Source: Caecitellus pseudoparvulus (Eukaryota; Protista; Bigyra: Bicosoecida). Taken from it: a stretch of DNA of 64,000 nt. Positions 40,601 to 49,300 of the stretch are shown piece after piece; position 1 is the stretch's first letter; each line of letters opens with the position of its first letter. The stretch is taken from the NCBI GenBank assembly GCA_965644315.1, contig CBFFRQ010000061.1, forward strand, positions 1 to 64,000, in the 5' to 3' direction. The translations under genes were made by a program, and so were the position numbers. Below the pieces are notes generated by a model. That model was not told where the DNA came from and did no database searches. It worked only from the letters and a program-made list of their open reading frames with translations.

Positions 40601-43413
40601 ACCAGCGGCTGGCCTGGGAGCAGCGAGACACCAGAGTCAGTTGCAGTGCCCACCTGCACCAGCTGCCCAGACGGCACAAAGTTCAGCAGTGCTGCTTCAA
40701 AGACTTCCCGATCATTGCCATGGACAGGCATGGTGTCGCCTGCCGGTGGCAAGGCGGGGAACTGGATGACCCCCGAAATGCCATTGCTCACAGTGGAGTG
40801 CAGGCTCGCAGCAAAGTCCGCGGCATTCGTGAAGCCGTTAAAGTCGCCGCGGCCCATCATGTCCGTGGCAGTGAAGGCAACATGCAAGAGGGAGTCTGCC
40901 GTGAGTGCAACTTGGAGCTTCTCTTGTGCTGTTCTTGGTGTGGTGGCGTTCAAGACACTGGCAGCGAAAACTCCGGCAGCCGGGACAACAGACACCTGCA
41001 AAGCCAACGCGCCTTCGAACGCCTGGAGGAAGTCCAGCTGTACAGCGTTTAGGACGTCAGGTGCAGTGAACAGCAGGCGAAAGGGGGTACGCGCAGCATC
41101 GCCCCAGCCGCTGCCGCTGGCTGCTTGGCCGAACAAGCCCACGCACGAAGCAGGCACAAGAACGACAGCAGTGAAGGCGTTTGACACACGTGCAGCGTCC
41201 ATACCAGAGCGCAGTGCAGCCGTTGCGTTCTGCAGGAATGTGTCCGTGGAGCAGGGGAACGTGTGCAGCTTGGAGGGAATGCCCACCGCAGTGGTCGCTT
41301 CTGCCAGCGCGATCGCGGCAGCGGCCTGGTCGTCATCAAACGCGTCCACGAACACATGCACCTCACGCACGGGGGAGGACAGGGATAGGTCAGAACTGAT
41401 GCGGCGCTGCATGGCCAGAACCGCTGCAGCCACGGCCGGCGCGGCCTGCACTTGCGTTCTTGCCATGCGTGCTACATGCGGCATGCTGGACCTGTTGCTG
41501 AGCAGGCGCCCGGAAGACGTCCAGGGCAGCAAAGGCACAGTGGAGGGCAAGGACAGCAGTGCGCCAGCAACTGCCAGTGCCGCATCCCCCCCTGCAGGCC
41601 CCACCACAGCGCTGAACGGAGGCGTCCCAGTGTCCAGGCGCAGCGCCGAGCTGACGGCAGTCGCGATCTGCTGTGCAGAGCTGCCCACTGGCATGGTGAC
41701 CGTGGACACCGCCAGCGACGTGTATGGAAGCAGGGCTGGATCTGAGTTGATAGCAGCGGTGGCTGCAGCGAGTGCATCTGCAGTGATGTCGCCGCTCCCG
41801 CCCTCAACCACTGCGAGCAGGCGCAGGGTGGGCGGCACACGTTGGGGGCCAAAGTGGATGGGCGTCGAGGAGTCGTTGAACCACCTCACGGCGCGCAGTT
41901 CCAATGTTAGTCCGCCATTCCAGCGGGCGCCGTTGTCATTCGTGACCTCCACCGTCATGGGCCCTGGCGGCAGCTCCGGGGTCACGCAGGAGAGGTGGGT
42001 GCGGTTCAAGACGCTGGCGGGCACGACCACTTCGCCCGCAAAGCGACACCCGAGCCCAAGACTCGGGTCTGAAAGTGTGATAATCTGACCATCTTCCGCA
42101 CTTTCCTCAGACCCTGCAGTTTCCACAGTTGCCTGCGCCAGCGTGTCCCCAACCGCCGGAATGCCGCTCACGTACAGCGGCAGCGCGGCGCCGATTCGCA
42201 CAGAGAGCAGCTCGGGGTTCAAAGCGCCACTTGGCGGACTGGAAATGTACCTGAGGCGCGCTGGCTCAAAGGAAAATGCCGCTTGCGCGGTAAAGGGTGC
42301 TACCGTCCCCCCCAAGGAAATGGACACATCTGCCTGCTCAGCAACTCCTCCAGGGGCCTCGCACGACACCCACGTAAAGTTGCAGGGGCGAGCACCCAGC
42401 TCTGCCTCCAAACTCGCCTCCAGCACTGCGCTTGCTGTCGAGTGCACTGCAGCACCAGTGCAGGGCCGCCCACCAATGCGGATCTCAGGCTGGCCGGAGG
42501 TCAAGTCCAGGCCACCCAACGCCAGCCACGCCGGACTGCCTGCGCGAGCTGGGAGCTCCAAGGGCCACGTATACAGCAGCGAGACCAGCGAGAACTGTGA
42601 AGCCCACGTGCTTGCAAGCTGACGTGCATCGTGTGTCGCGCGATCCAGCACGTTGCACTGCGCTGCTTGAGCTGGCGGCATCGAAGCTTGGCCTGGCACC
42701 TGAAAAGTGCGCAGCCGACTGGACAAGAAGAAGGGCAACGCAGCCCTCCGGGCGGTTTGGGATGTCAGCACCTTCAGCACGTCTCCTTGAGCAGCGGGAT
42801 CCTGGAAGGCCTGCCCGCCTGGCTCCAGCAACAGCTGCCCAGATTCTGCCAAAGCAGCTGACACGTTTTGCCTGACACCCTGCCCGGGAAGGAAGGCAGC
42901 TGTGAGCACGCCGTCACTGCTCACGAGGTCCTGCGTCGCCGCCTGCGTGTCCCAACCAGGAATGAAACATACAGGAATGTAGTGGTCCGCGCTCGGCACC
43001 TCGCGTGCAGGGCACGGCGAGCAGGTGGAGTGGTTGTACCCTGCCGGTGCCAGCAGAAGGGGTCGCTGAGCGACGCCAGACCGAGACACTTGCAGCGCTT
43101 GGGCCAGCACACCTGCCGCGTACAGCAAGGAGGCATTGGTGGGAGCAGGGCCTACAAAGGAAGACCCGTTCGTGGCCCAGATGCTAGGTTCAGACCCCAC
43201 GCCCAGCGCGAGGGGCGGCGCGGCGGTGTGGCGTGCCCACAGCTCCACTGCTCCCGAAACGCATGATTGCGCAGAAGCGACGGTGAGCTGACAGAAGGAT
43301 GGCAGTGGTGCTACAGCCGGTGGCAAGGAGTGCATGCACGGCTGGACAACCCTGCATGTGCCCAACCACAGCACCAGCAGCAGCCACAGCGTTGGGGCGG
43401 GTGTCCGGAGCAT
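31609..43413 (-). CDS. Giant (~3900 aa) receptor-like membrane protein: signal peptide, IPT/TIG, two periplasmic-binding (Venus flytrap/ANF) domains, Cys-rich repeats, split multi-TM domain
   Basis: MLRTPAPTLWLLLVLWLG leader; VEVTNDNG..W IPT motif; PNFARVVPAD..QA..L..VL.QLGW VFT motif; CAACPEDTYK...GS.AC.PCP; GPLCDSC..G, YVVYP and WGFFYRHY...AWYW TM-family motifs. Confidence 0.8.
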   Translation of the reverse strand: MLRTPAPTLWLLLVLWLGTCRVVQPCMHSLPPAVAPLPSFCQLTVASAQSCVSGAVELWARHTAAPPLALGVGSEPSIWATNGSSFVGPAPTNASLLYAAGVLAQALQVSRSGVAQRPLLLAPAGYNHSTCSPCPAREVPSADHYIPVCFIPGWDTQAATQDLVSSDGVLTAAFLPGQGVRQNVSAALAESGQLLLEPGGQAFQDPAAQGDVLKVLTSQTARRAALPFFLSSRLRTFQVPGQASMPPAQAAQCNVLDRATHDARQLASTWASQFSLVSLLYTWPLELPARAGSPAWLALGGLDLTSGQPEIRIGGRPCTGAAVHSTASAVLEASLEAELGARPCNFTWVSCEAPGGVAEQADVSISLGGTVAPFTAQAAFSFEPARLRYISSPPSGALNPELLSVRIGAALPLYVSGIPAVGDTLAQATVETAGSEESAEDGQIITLSDPSLGLGCRFAGEVVVPASVLNRTHLSCVTPELPPGPMTVEVTNDNGARWNGGLTLELRAVRWFNDSSTPIHFGPQRVPPTLRLLAVVEGGSGDITADALAAATAAINSDPALLPYTSLAVSTVTMPVGSSAQQIATAVSSALRLDTGTPPFSAVVGPAGGDAALAVAGALLSLPSTVPLLPWTSSGRLLSNRSSMPHVARMARTQVQAAPAVAAAVLAMQRRISSDLSLSSPVREVHVFVDAFDDDQAAAAIALAEATTAVGIPSKLHTFPCSTDTFLQNATAALRSGMDAARVSNAFTAVVLVPASCVGLFGQAASGSGWGDAARTPFRLLFTAPDVLNAVQLDFLQAFEGALALQVSVVPAAGVFAASVLNATTPRTAQEKLQVALTADSLLHVAFTATDMMGRGDFNGFTNAADFAASLHSTVSNGISGVIQFPALPPAGDTMPVHGNDREVFEAALLNFVPSGQLVQVGTATDSGVSLLPGQPLVLPPDGSAAYVTPPEVCALFLTRISSASEISTEVSRLLAGFVGLRTAVAQFPDVLSLNASLPGHTRLSLKALDVGGAATAAGKDPSAVISLLDSWWNLHGPGAGQSQAAPTPAIIGVRYSTVALEVEPWLRARIAGDAAAPGTVLLSGSASAPELSEVVSGASAFPNFARVVPADTEQAASLSAVLEQLGWRHASLIGVTGDAYSEQLVASIAASMAGAGQALVPADPTMIPASLVRDYLTSNNPSAAFTAAAADVANRLLSPLAQSGARVLVLCTTSSDALVVLEAGQIAGLTADAGYVWVSTDSVAQRVDAIVQQVPAAAELLDGSLGVSRSPAEGLEGLATFQADMLAEAKACAASGGSLPGLAFEQLPGRPTPASLQAVLATACASLASRLEGSSDPLAEGLVSATDSYMHDAVLLHASVVAGLLRDFQALPVPSAALMRRVTAPSGPDGVTGIVTVDPLDHSRAAVTFATLNVRVDASGSPVSATSVAVGITANAGAVQLTACPPGTSRAETAGDASICAACPEDTYKPTFGSEACTPCPSMLSGARLTTVGLTGATSLDQCLCPAVFFESAQAVWNSTSRAPELASRTDVVVTPVGGGAADCGLSAGFVTPGVTCSFSALQVVMLPPEPSDRTAAVLKAEYGGVYTCPETAASSADVNGRCVPFPVGAQPLNTAAANRPIAGQAVSSLVTEPGFFRMHAGACAVVACRNIDSCPGAAAPVPVCRLPTADLAGTAIAERLPVCDETTQYTADMAAMIRAVLRVYAAVPGALPASSLLPSSVALNVSGALQAGGTFLRARGSEAPLSGVSTWEFNGVRWVNARVKTSVTSLATTRRALSSAGAPLRMTLQVQPLCADDADGPLCDSCAPGFTDDGQGNCTKCAPLPLQILGAVAAVVILFLSIFLLTLTAIDIPSRQAMRRQVAWRLFVDWLQVQGLALSVLVVSGMTKAKSSHHSVTALGDMDSSPATDVGFIPAALLNVTADVDVSGDDGSASVSSSADLRVENDVMQLAGVSELATLVSGLVTSIGPSCLLEQGFGPSWLREAIIRLTTLLPAGLAILAGCLGLAAACVVVRGGPSVVAGDCAFHVRRRCQLLGLRCMYCCRRLGVCCTCFFARSSELLSCCARDNVPAPSPQAAGGAAWLRSRRVPAAQPSRRSSTSVALTRYAGQSEAVQEGERMAVAGVPRQPSHPRAQATVVLWPRSPWAQAVDATLLITVIGLYVVYPSVVVTLLSSFVCVLVPDGAGRGLPMLSAAATVSCDSELYERLSVWSLAALGVYVIGFPLVVMVLLYSLRRSLYMLDPLAAGTVDESLTPNTVPLERVLALLRAVMQRLAVAPGSLNREDVLRPEVFHAMVEVMLNVPLSQDPAQEEPEPPASAVDEAAARMKAKFGSGQQTNRPSIRRRSMWVAASMSGSISASSPHLHTSGPLKAKRQLGSTQFSSSRPARGSMLEQKGFHRASKILGSSGVLQAKQPHSSASGGMSDAALSRAALRAACIVSAVPAAFIDDVLDVLEYMRDGSRQGNLPTGRVPGFGDAYTRWSGKSPRGDGKAAADGFAYFDVTLYDVISAVQALPGSERDALQDGVEYVARVVKRRLDALQIVREAQQQWRRHSTLVQRNRAASKHAHPGSDGDMEGSATAWELDAGDVDTWIESDPDDSGDSSTLGSPRHRGHPSSKGSARSMMSSSHRSMKRVGSGRTPDSGSPRHRRGHRRHRSSMLTSHSDVFAAKMGQGALVADLLGSTSAADTRRLLEGLGMLQPGQTQPPSHTQRDGGDSVPNPLAQARSTVRSVSVSGPGPRSSGVEGSGPSGRSHSVFARPSMTGAPAPRVQETASPPDCGTSLVSGQGTADVGPMHTPSLSPSTADMVLPAAQAGLPQPDPARRIRSRSDGHWDGMPSQDEASGGSDADAGSVDLGGPRKRRSATSVSRADSRGGSASGRRKRRSGSSTSRDEAPAPRRRSQTTSAPRTRRVSSTPDLKGVMWADSVSTARSSEAAKTRRQSRRASLQRRASLLQVLDKAGPAGTNMLRELGSSVRGLALDGGSSAGGKADTGSAAGSGTTGSSGTALARMKRQSLLRAESSRALRLSPRGAPPQPEPAPESKAVPIASRADRAGHMRRPSFSGVPQHSMPSQGGPSSPRLHAGGSPRRNVLEVEQSAGRMPSDLPGGGVRQPPGSPSHGAGSGEAALRTAMDEVELDFLFAAWESVMQQLEDVTAVRVRWGFFYRHYTPGAAWYWGGITLLWKALIAVVATTVNFETVLVGNTISADLLRSVERGVFTSTTPGVLQLVGLRSLLLVFLISIMVSAISYLRPFVEVPTGGTERARRRALAAVQQTKLHAALGGGDASSAPRREAPSSRTRSASRSVRRLLSAAGSSTRDRSDTASTSLSVLTAASGLTAATGGSAETDTPGWMKKLPAGMRGQLADSVKPWYQRCSCRDAYNVVGRSSSNFRMEMGLTSTVLSLVLGNIYLNLVMRDANTSLTSSAGTGTLDTPGSRVVWAAAVRWALLVTLTLTALLLMLPYIHFLAIYRVLFVAVSSCCCCCRSKSDDASRGRSCCRSCKECCLGGVPRVARRVSRRMSQLLFRRGGAAAGGGGAQAAHRPTTGHERARGQAKSGGGGRSSVRSSSSVSSNSSRAPPPPPTARTPPPAPPSNSKGSVTIASPLAQAGAMRRSPSGSGSPRGAWGGALPAVPEDGPHDRKRRALGARPSVASARPSVASATQVIENPLLARKRASRLPDTGTSPADTPPTGGRSTAQVDVSPSPAPTPSPAPAPSRSAVDGYLELPPVQTSAAAPAARVSSFRSTASGGTPSSGQAPGTLLARLSITSQHSPIDLAASEPATRSSRGSVGHTRHPFLPDSDSVGSTPLALPWAKSSPPLSPAGGDQTLSLRPTRARRSLPSDGATDLPPARRAVSSVPSAGGTSGRPVLSPGTLPASGETPARGTFGHGPSKAARALRKGVSARRVSMAGARRVNGGWALSGDERSASDAER

Positions 43414-43539
43414 GCTGGCGTTGGCTCTTGCACATCGACTCACACGCAAGCCCTCTCGACTTGCAGTGCACACCTGCAAGAGGGACCTGAGCAGGGCCCC
43501 GCTGGCGTGGACTGCGAGGGTGAATTGTGCGCGGCGTGC

Positions 43540-46178
43540 TCACTTGCCGCCCTTCTTCCCCTTCTTCTCCTTCTTGTCGCCACCGCCCGCGGCCAGGCGC
43601 TTGGCTGTCGCAGCAGCTCGCCTGGCCTCCACTGTGGCGTGGTCCGTGCGGGTCAGCGCGCTGGACAGCTTGGACATGGCCTTCTCCTTGCCGGAGGGGA
43701 TGTTGAAGAGCAGCGCAGGCGCGAAGCTGCCGTCGTGGAGCACCTTGGGGGGGGTGTCCACCCGGAAGTACCCCCTGCGCTCCAGCTGCAAGATATCCCC
43801 TGCCTTGACGCTGGACAGGGCGGGCTCGCCCACTGCCTGCGTGTCGGCAATGCTCGCCGTGTTGAAGACGGTGGAGATGTCCTGCCCCTCCTCCAGGCGC
43901 TCCGCCGTCAGCAGCACGTCGAACTCGCGCAGGGTCAGCGGCACAGTGGTGGGCACAGCCGGCACCCACGTCAGCTTCTTGCTGGTGCTGCGGACATCCC
44001 CAGACGGGTTCAGCGTGGCCTTGACTGCAGTGACGTTCCCTGCGGGGTCCTTCTCAATGGACTCGACGATGGCGTTGCACCACTTCATGAGGGTGACCTC
44101 CTCTGCGCTTGCCAGCATCTCAGCGTCGTCGCGCTCCAGCCACACAGTGCTGGTGAAGGGCACAGACTTGGTGCCGACGTCGGCGTTCTTGGGGTGCAGA
44201 GGCACAGTGCGGTACGCCGCGGCAGAGGGCACCCCCTCTCCCTGCAGCTGCAGCATGACCTTGCCCTCGTCCGACACGGCCGTGAACCTGGGGCACACCT
44301 TGTCGATGACCTTCTTGTTCGTGGCCCACAGCTTGTCCCACTCCATGTCCGTGATGCGCTTGGAGGCGCCCTGGCTCAGGATGAACGTGCGCAGGGCATC
44401 CAGGGACACGCCCCGGCGCATGACGGCACGCACAGTGGGGAAGCGCGGGTCATCCCACCCGCTCACCATCTCATCGTCCACCAGCTTGTTCAGCTGGCGC
44501 TTGGAGAGGGCGGTGAACTGGAAGTTCATGCGCGCAAACTCCACCACGTGCACCTCCCGCACGCCCAGCAGCCGCGCGATCCAGGCATACTGCTCGTCGC
44601 GGTCCTTGTACTCTGTCGTACGCATGGCATGTGTGACGCCCTCCACCGCATCCACGATGGGGCAGGCGAAGTCGTACGTCGGGTACGCCTTGTACGTGGT
44701 GCCGGTGCGGTTGTGCGGCTCCTCCACGTGGCGGAACATGACGGGGTCCATGCAGCACTTGTTCTTGCTCTGGTAGTCCAGCTTCGCGCGCATGCACCAG
44801 CCACGCCCCTCCTCCACCTTGTTCAGCATGTCCTCGAACCGAGCCAGGTTCTCGTGCACTGGCGTCTCGCGGCGGGGGGAAGGCTGGAAGGTCTTGCGCT
44901 GCTCGAACATGGCGTCTGACGTGCTGTCATCCATGTACGCATTGCCCTCGTGCAGCATCTTGCGGGCGTAGGTGATGATGAGGGGGAAGAAGTCCGACGT
45001 GTGGCTGACCATGTCCGGCACGATGCCCAGCGTGGACAGGTCCTCGATGATGGCCTCTTCGAACTCAGCACGCTCCTTGCGGGGGTTCGTGTCGTCGAAT
45101 CGCAGCAGCAGCTTGCCCTTGTAGTGCCGTGCATAGAAGTTGTTCAGCATGGCCGCCTTGATGTGCCCCACGTGCAGGTACCCACTGGGCTCGGGCGGGA
45201 ACCGTGTCACCACCTGCCCCTCCACTGCGTCGGGCAGAGCAGGCATGCTCACTTGCTTGCTCACGACGATGGGCGGCAGCTTCTTGGCCTTGCCGCCCTT
45301 GCCCCCCCCCTTCTTACCCCCGCCGCTGCCACCAGCAACAGCACCACCCTTGCCACCCTTGGTCTGGGTCTGCTTCCCACCCTTGCCGCCCTTCCCGCCT
45401 GCGGCCTCCTTCCCACCTGCAGCTTTCTTGCCACCCTTGCCACCCTTGCCACCCTTGCCACCCTTGGGGCCGGCGGCTGCAGCCGCCTCAGCACCAGGGG
45501 CAGCGGCAGGAGCAGGAGCAGCCTCGGCGACCTGCAGCGCCTCGCACGCCTTCACAGGCACGTGGCTGGCAATGAGGGCAGAGTAGCGGGCCAGCGCAGA
45601 CAGCCCCTGCCCTGCTCCCGCCGCCCCAGCCAGGGCCACGGCAGCTGCCACATCCGCCAGGGTGAGGGAGAAGCCTGCGAGGTACGTGCGGTGCAAGAGG
45701 GCGGCGTCCAGGGCCTGGGCGCCTGAGGAGACGTCCAGAGGAAAGACGGCCTGGAAGAAGTCAAGGAACTGGTCCACCTGGGCAGGAGGGGGGGGTGTCA
45801 CGGGGCGTGCAAGGCGGGCAGGCAGCAAGCCAGCACCCGGCACGCCGCACCTCGCTGCTCTGCATGGCGTCTGTCCCCAGCAGGGCGACCTTGCCGGATT
45901 TCCGGACCAGGTAGCGTGCGATGGCGAAATCCCCAGAAATAGTGAACCTGCGTGCACGCCAAGCGAAGCGGTGGCGTGGCGCCCCTGTTCGTGCCAGTCC
46001 GCGCATGAGCAAAGACCGCAGTGTGCACCGCGACGCACCCAACTTCGCTGTCAGTCAGCACAGGCGCCTTGTCGGTGCTCTTGCCAGGCTTGAAGCTGAC
46101 CACCAAACCAGTCAGGCTGGCTGTCACGCATGCGACGAGGGGGGGCTGACGCCCCGAGTACTGCACAGTCAGGGTCAT
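43540..46178 (-). CDS. Glutamate--tRNA ligase, cytosolic eukaryotic type with GST-like N-terminal domain (spliced)
   Basis: TRFPPEPSGYLHVGH, LLRFDDTNP, YPTYDFACP, LSKR, GWDDPR.PT, QLERRGYF. Confidence 0.95.
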
Positions 46179-46323
46179 GGTGCGCCGGCGGCGGAAATTG
46201 GCCCGTCCACAGGCGGTTGGCTGTCCAGCTCACACAGGACAGGCAGTCACGGGGAGCGGCTGCAGGAGTCCAGGGTATGGTAGTGGAAAGTGGCGCGCTC
46301 TGGTCTGCATTTCAGACTGGGCC

Positions 46324-49300
46324 TCACAGGTCTGTCGAGAAAGGGTCCACGAAGCTGTCGCCGTCGCCTGGTCCCGCGTGCAAGTGGAATGACGCTTCAC
46401 TGTGCGCCTGGCCGCCGTGGCCCCACGCACTGCCCGCCCCCAACGAGGAGGCACCACCTCCCACCGATCCACTGCCCCCCATTCCCTTCGGCGGCAAGCC
46501 CTTCTCCAGTCGCGCCTTCCGGATGCGCTTGCCCCCGATACGGTCCATGCCTGCCGCAGACCCGACGCTGCGCAGCGTGAGGCCTTTGCGCCTGCCCCGC
46601 CTGCTCCCAGCACGTCGCGGCTTGCGTGACGCAGACGCAGACCGGTGCTCACCCTCCCACGCAGCCTTTGGCGCCAGTCTGGCCTCGCCCCCCCCACGCA
46701 CCATGGGGGTGGTGCTGGGCAGTGCCGAGGCTGGGCGGCGGCGCTTGGATGCCGCCAGACGCAGGCGAGCGTGCGACCCCCCCTGTCCCTTGGACGCCTG
46801 GCGCGGCACCGCCGAGGCTGGTCGGGGCCGCCTCCTCGCCTTGGCGGCCTGTGAACCGGCCTTGTCCGTGTGCAGGGGCGAGGAGGGGCGCAGCAGGTGC
46901 GTGGCGGGGGAGAACGCGCCGTCATCCTCCCAGCCTTCCTGCCGGGCTCCCTGCGCAGCCAGCATGTCCTGCAGAGCACTGTGCATCCCCTCTTCACCAC
47001 GTAGCTGTTGTGGGCTGGGAACATAGCCTGGTGGCAGGGCTTTGGCTGACCCTACCGTTGCGCTAGCGAGCAGACCACTGGAATGCTGTGGGTCGCCAGC
47101 CCGACGCCGCCGCCTGCGGGGGCCTGGTGAGGGCGCCTTTGCCGCAGGCTTGGACCATGGTGTGGATGTTGCTCCTTTTCGAGCCGCGATTCGTACCTGG
47201 GCATGGACTGTTTCAGCTTTGGGCGGCGTGCGGGGACCGGGGGCCGCCGCCACATCCCATGCCCGCACGGGGGGTGAGGAGGGGGGCAGCAACTGGGGCT
47301 CCCGGTGAGGTGAGGCGAGAGATGGCTGGTACGTGCCCACTTCCGACGAACCTGAGTCGCTGTGCTGGGACAGGGCAGAACCGCCCCCCCAAACCAGCTC
47401 AGGTGCGGACAGGTGGGGCGTGGAACTTCGCGTATGGCGCACTTGGCTGATTACGCCGCCCTTGCCAAGGAAGACGACGCCTGGGTCACAGTGTAGGGGG
47501 AGCGACGCGCATGCGAAGGACACGGGCAGAGCTGCGGCCTGCCTGCTGGCGAGGTCCGCTGGCCGGGCAGGCGGCAGCCCCCATGGCGTGGCGGCGTCGG
47601 CTTCAGGTGTCTGTGTGTCCACCACCAGGGAAGCTCCCCGAGCAGGCGCAGTCATGCCTGGTGGAGCAAAGGGGGTCTGTGCACCACGCTGCAGCTGGTG
47701 TCCGCCCGGTGACGGCAGTAGCTTGCCAGTGACTGAGCTGACCGTCAGCGGTGACCCCAGCGCGACCTGCTGAGCTGCGACCACCGTGCCTTGCAGCTGC
47801 AGTTGCAGGTGCAGGCTGCAAGCACAGTACCGATCGGCAGCCATGACAGGCGCCTCCCGCCCAAGGCTGTCTGAGAAGCCCCACACGACAGCAGACAGCG
47901 GGTGGCCTCGAGCTGTCGCGAGGTGAAAGGCACACTCAGCCACCGCCATCCACTCCAGGTAGCTCAGCCGCCCCGCGGCACTCTCCACGTATGCCCCCAT
48001 AAGACCGTTCAGAGCGGCATCTTGCAGCAGCCACCGAGCCATGAACCTGCGTGTTTCGATGCCGCTGCACAGGGACCCAAGCAAGTCAGCACGGGTGCAG
48101 GGTTGCCGAGTTGCCAGCAGTTTGCGCGTTTCGGCCAAGTACAACTGCCCCTCCTGCAGGAGCGTCGCCCGGAGCTCCCCAATGTCCACGTCACCTGTGA
48201 CGTTCGAGTCTGCCAGGTGGAACAGCTGCCGGAACAGCACCTGCCGCCTCAGCTGGCGGTGGCGGCTGTCACGTAGCGCGAGCGCAGGTGAGTGTGCAGT
48301 GGGCACGTCAAAGGGAACGAACATCTGCACGCCAGCACGCCTCGACAGGGCTGCCAGGACAGTGTCAGGAACAACTTGAGCCGGGACGCTGGCACGCCCG
48401 TCCTCTGCCACGGCGATGACGATGGGCAGCTTGTGCAGCAGCGGCACATCAAGCTTGCCCTCTTGCTCGGCACTGGCAGCTGCATGGCGCAGATCAGACA
48501 CCTCACGCGCCTGCAACGCGGCGCACAGGTCTCCCCAAGTCAGCCTGCGGTCGGACGGTCCGCTGAGCGGCAGTCGTGAGGAATCACGCACCTCCATCCC
48601 CTTCCCACCATGTGCCGCAGGCTCGAGCGTGCCGGTGCTGTCAGCCAGGGGCGTGTCTGTCGACTCGGGCACAGGTGGGAAGCCTGCCTTGCCGCTGAAG
48701 GGGCTGGGCATGCTGCTTTCCGCCAGTGGCGTGCGGGCACTACCAGCCGTGCTGCCCAGCCGGGCGTCGGACGGGGCACGCCCGCCACGCCCCTTTCGCC
48801 TGTTCCTGTCATGCTTGCTGCTGTGCAGCCCGAGTGCCTGCATGGCAGCCTGCACGACGACAGCCTGGCGGTCCACCTGCTCTGGCGGGCGCCAGTTGGA
48901 CTCCAGCAGCGCCGCGAGAGACAGCCAGATGCTTGGTGTGAGGCGGGCCCGGCCACCTGGCTTGAACGTGCCTTCCCGCAAAGCCTGCCGCACAACTGTC
49001 CACTTGGAGTCGGGGTGCAGCTCTGGGCGAAAGCCGTGCCGAGTGCCATGGCCGTCCTGGGGACTGGGCAGGCTCAGTGCGGAAGTGCTGACCTCCAGCT
49101 CGGAGGGGGCGTCAGGTCCGTGCTGGCGCGGTGGCGTGTCCACGCTGGCGCTGGGCCCTGTGCGGGACCTCACACTCATGAGTGGCACAGAGGAGTCTTC
49201 CTGGACCACTGACGACGCCCGCCGGCCGTCGCGCTTGCTGGAGCCAGGCTCACCGCCTCGTCGCAAGGAGCTGAGGAAGGTGGTCGCATTGCTGCCGCGG

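Noticed and set aside
22069-46178. Two aminoacyl-tRNA synthetase genes within ~24 kb as a functional cluster
   Set aside because: Separated by unrelated genes; no evidence beyond chance
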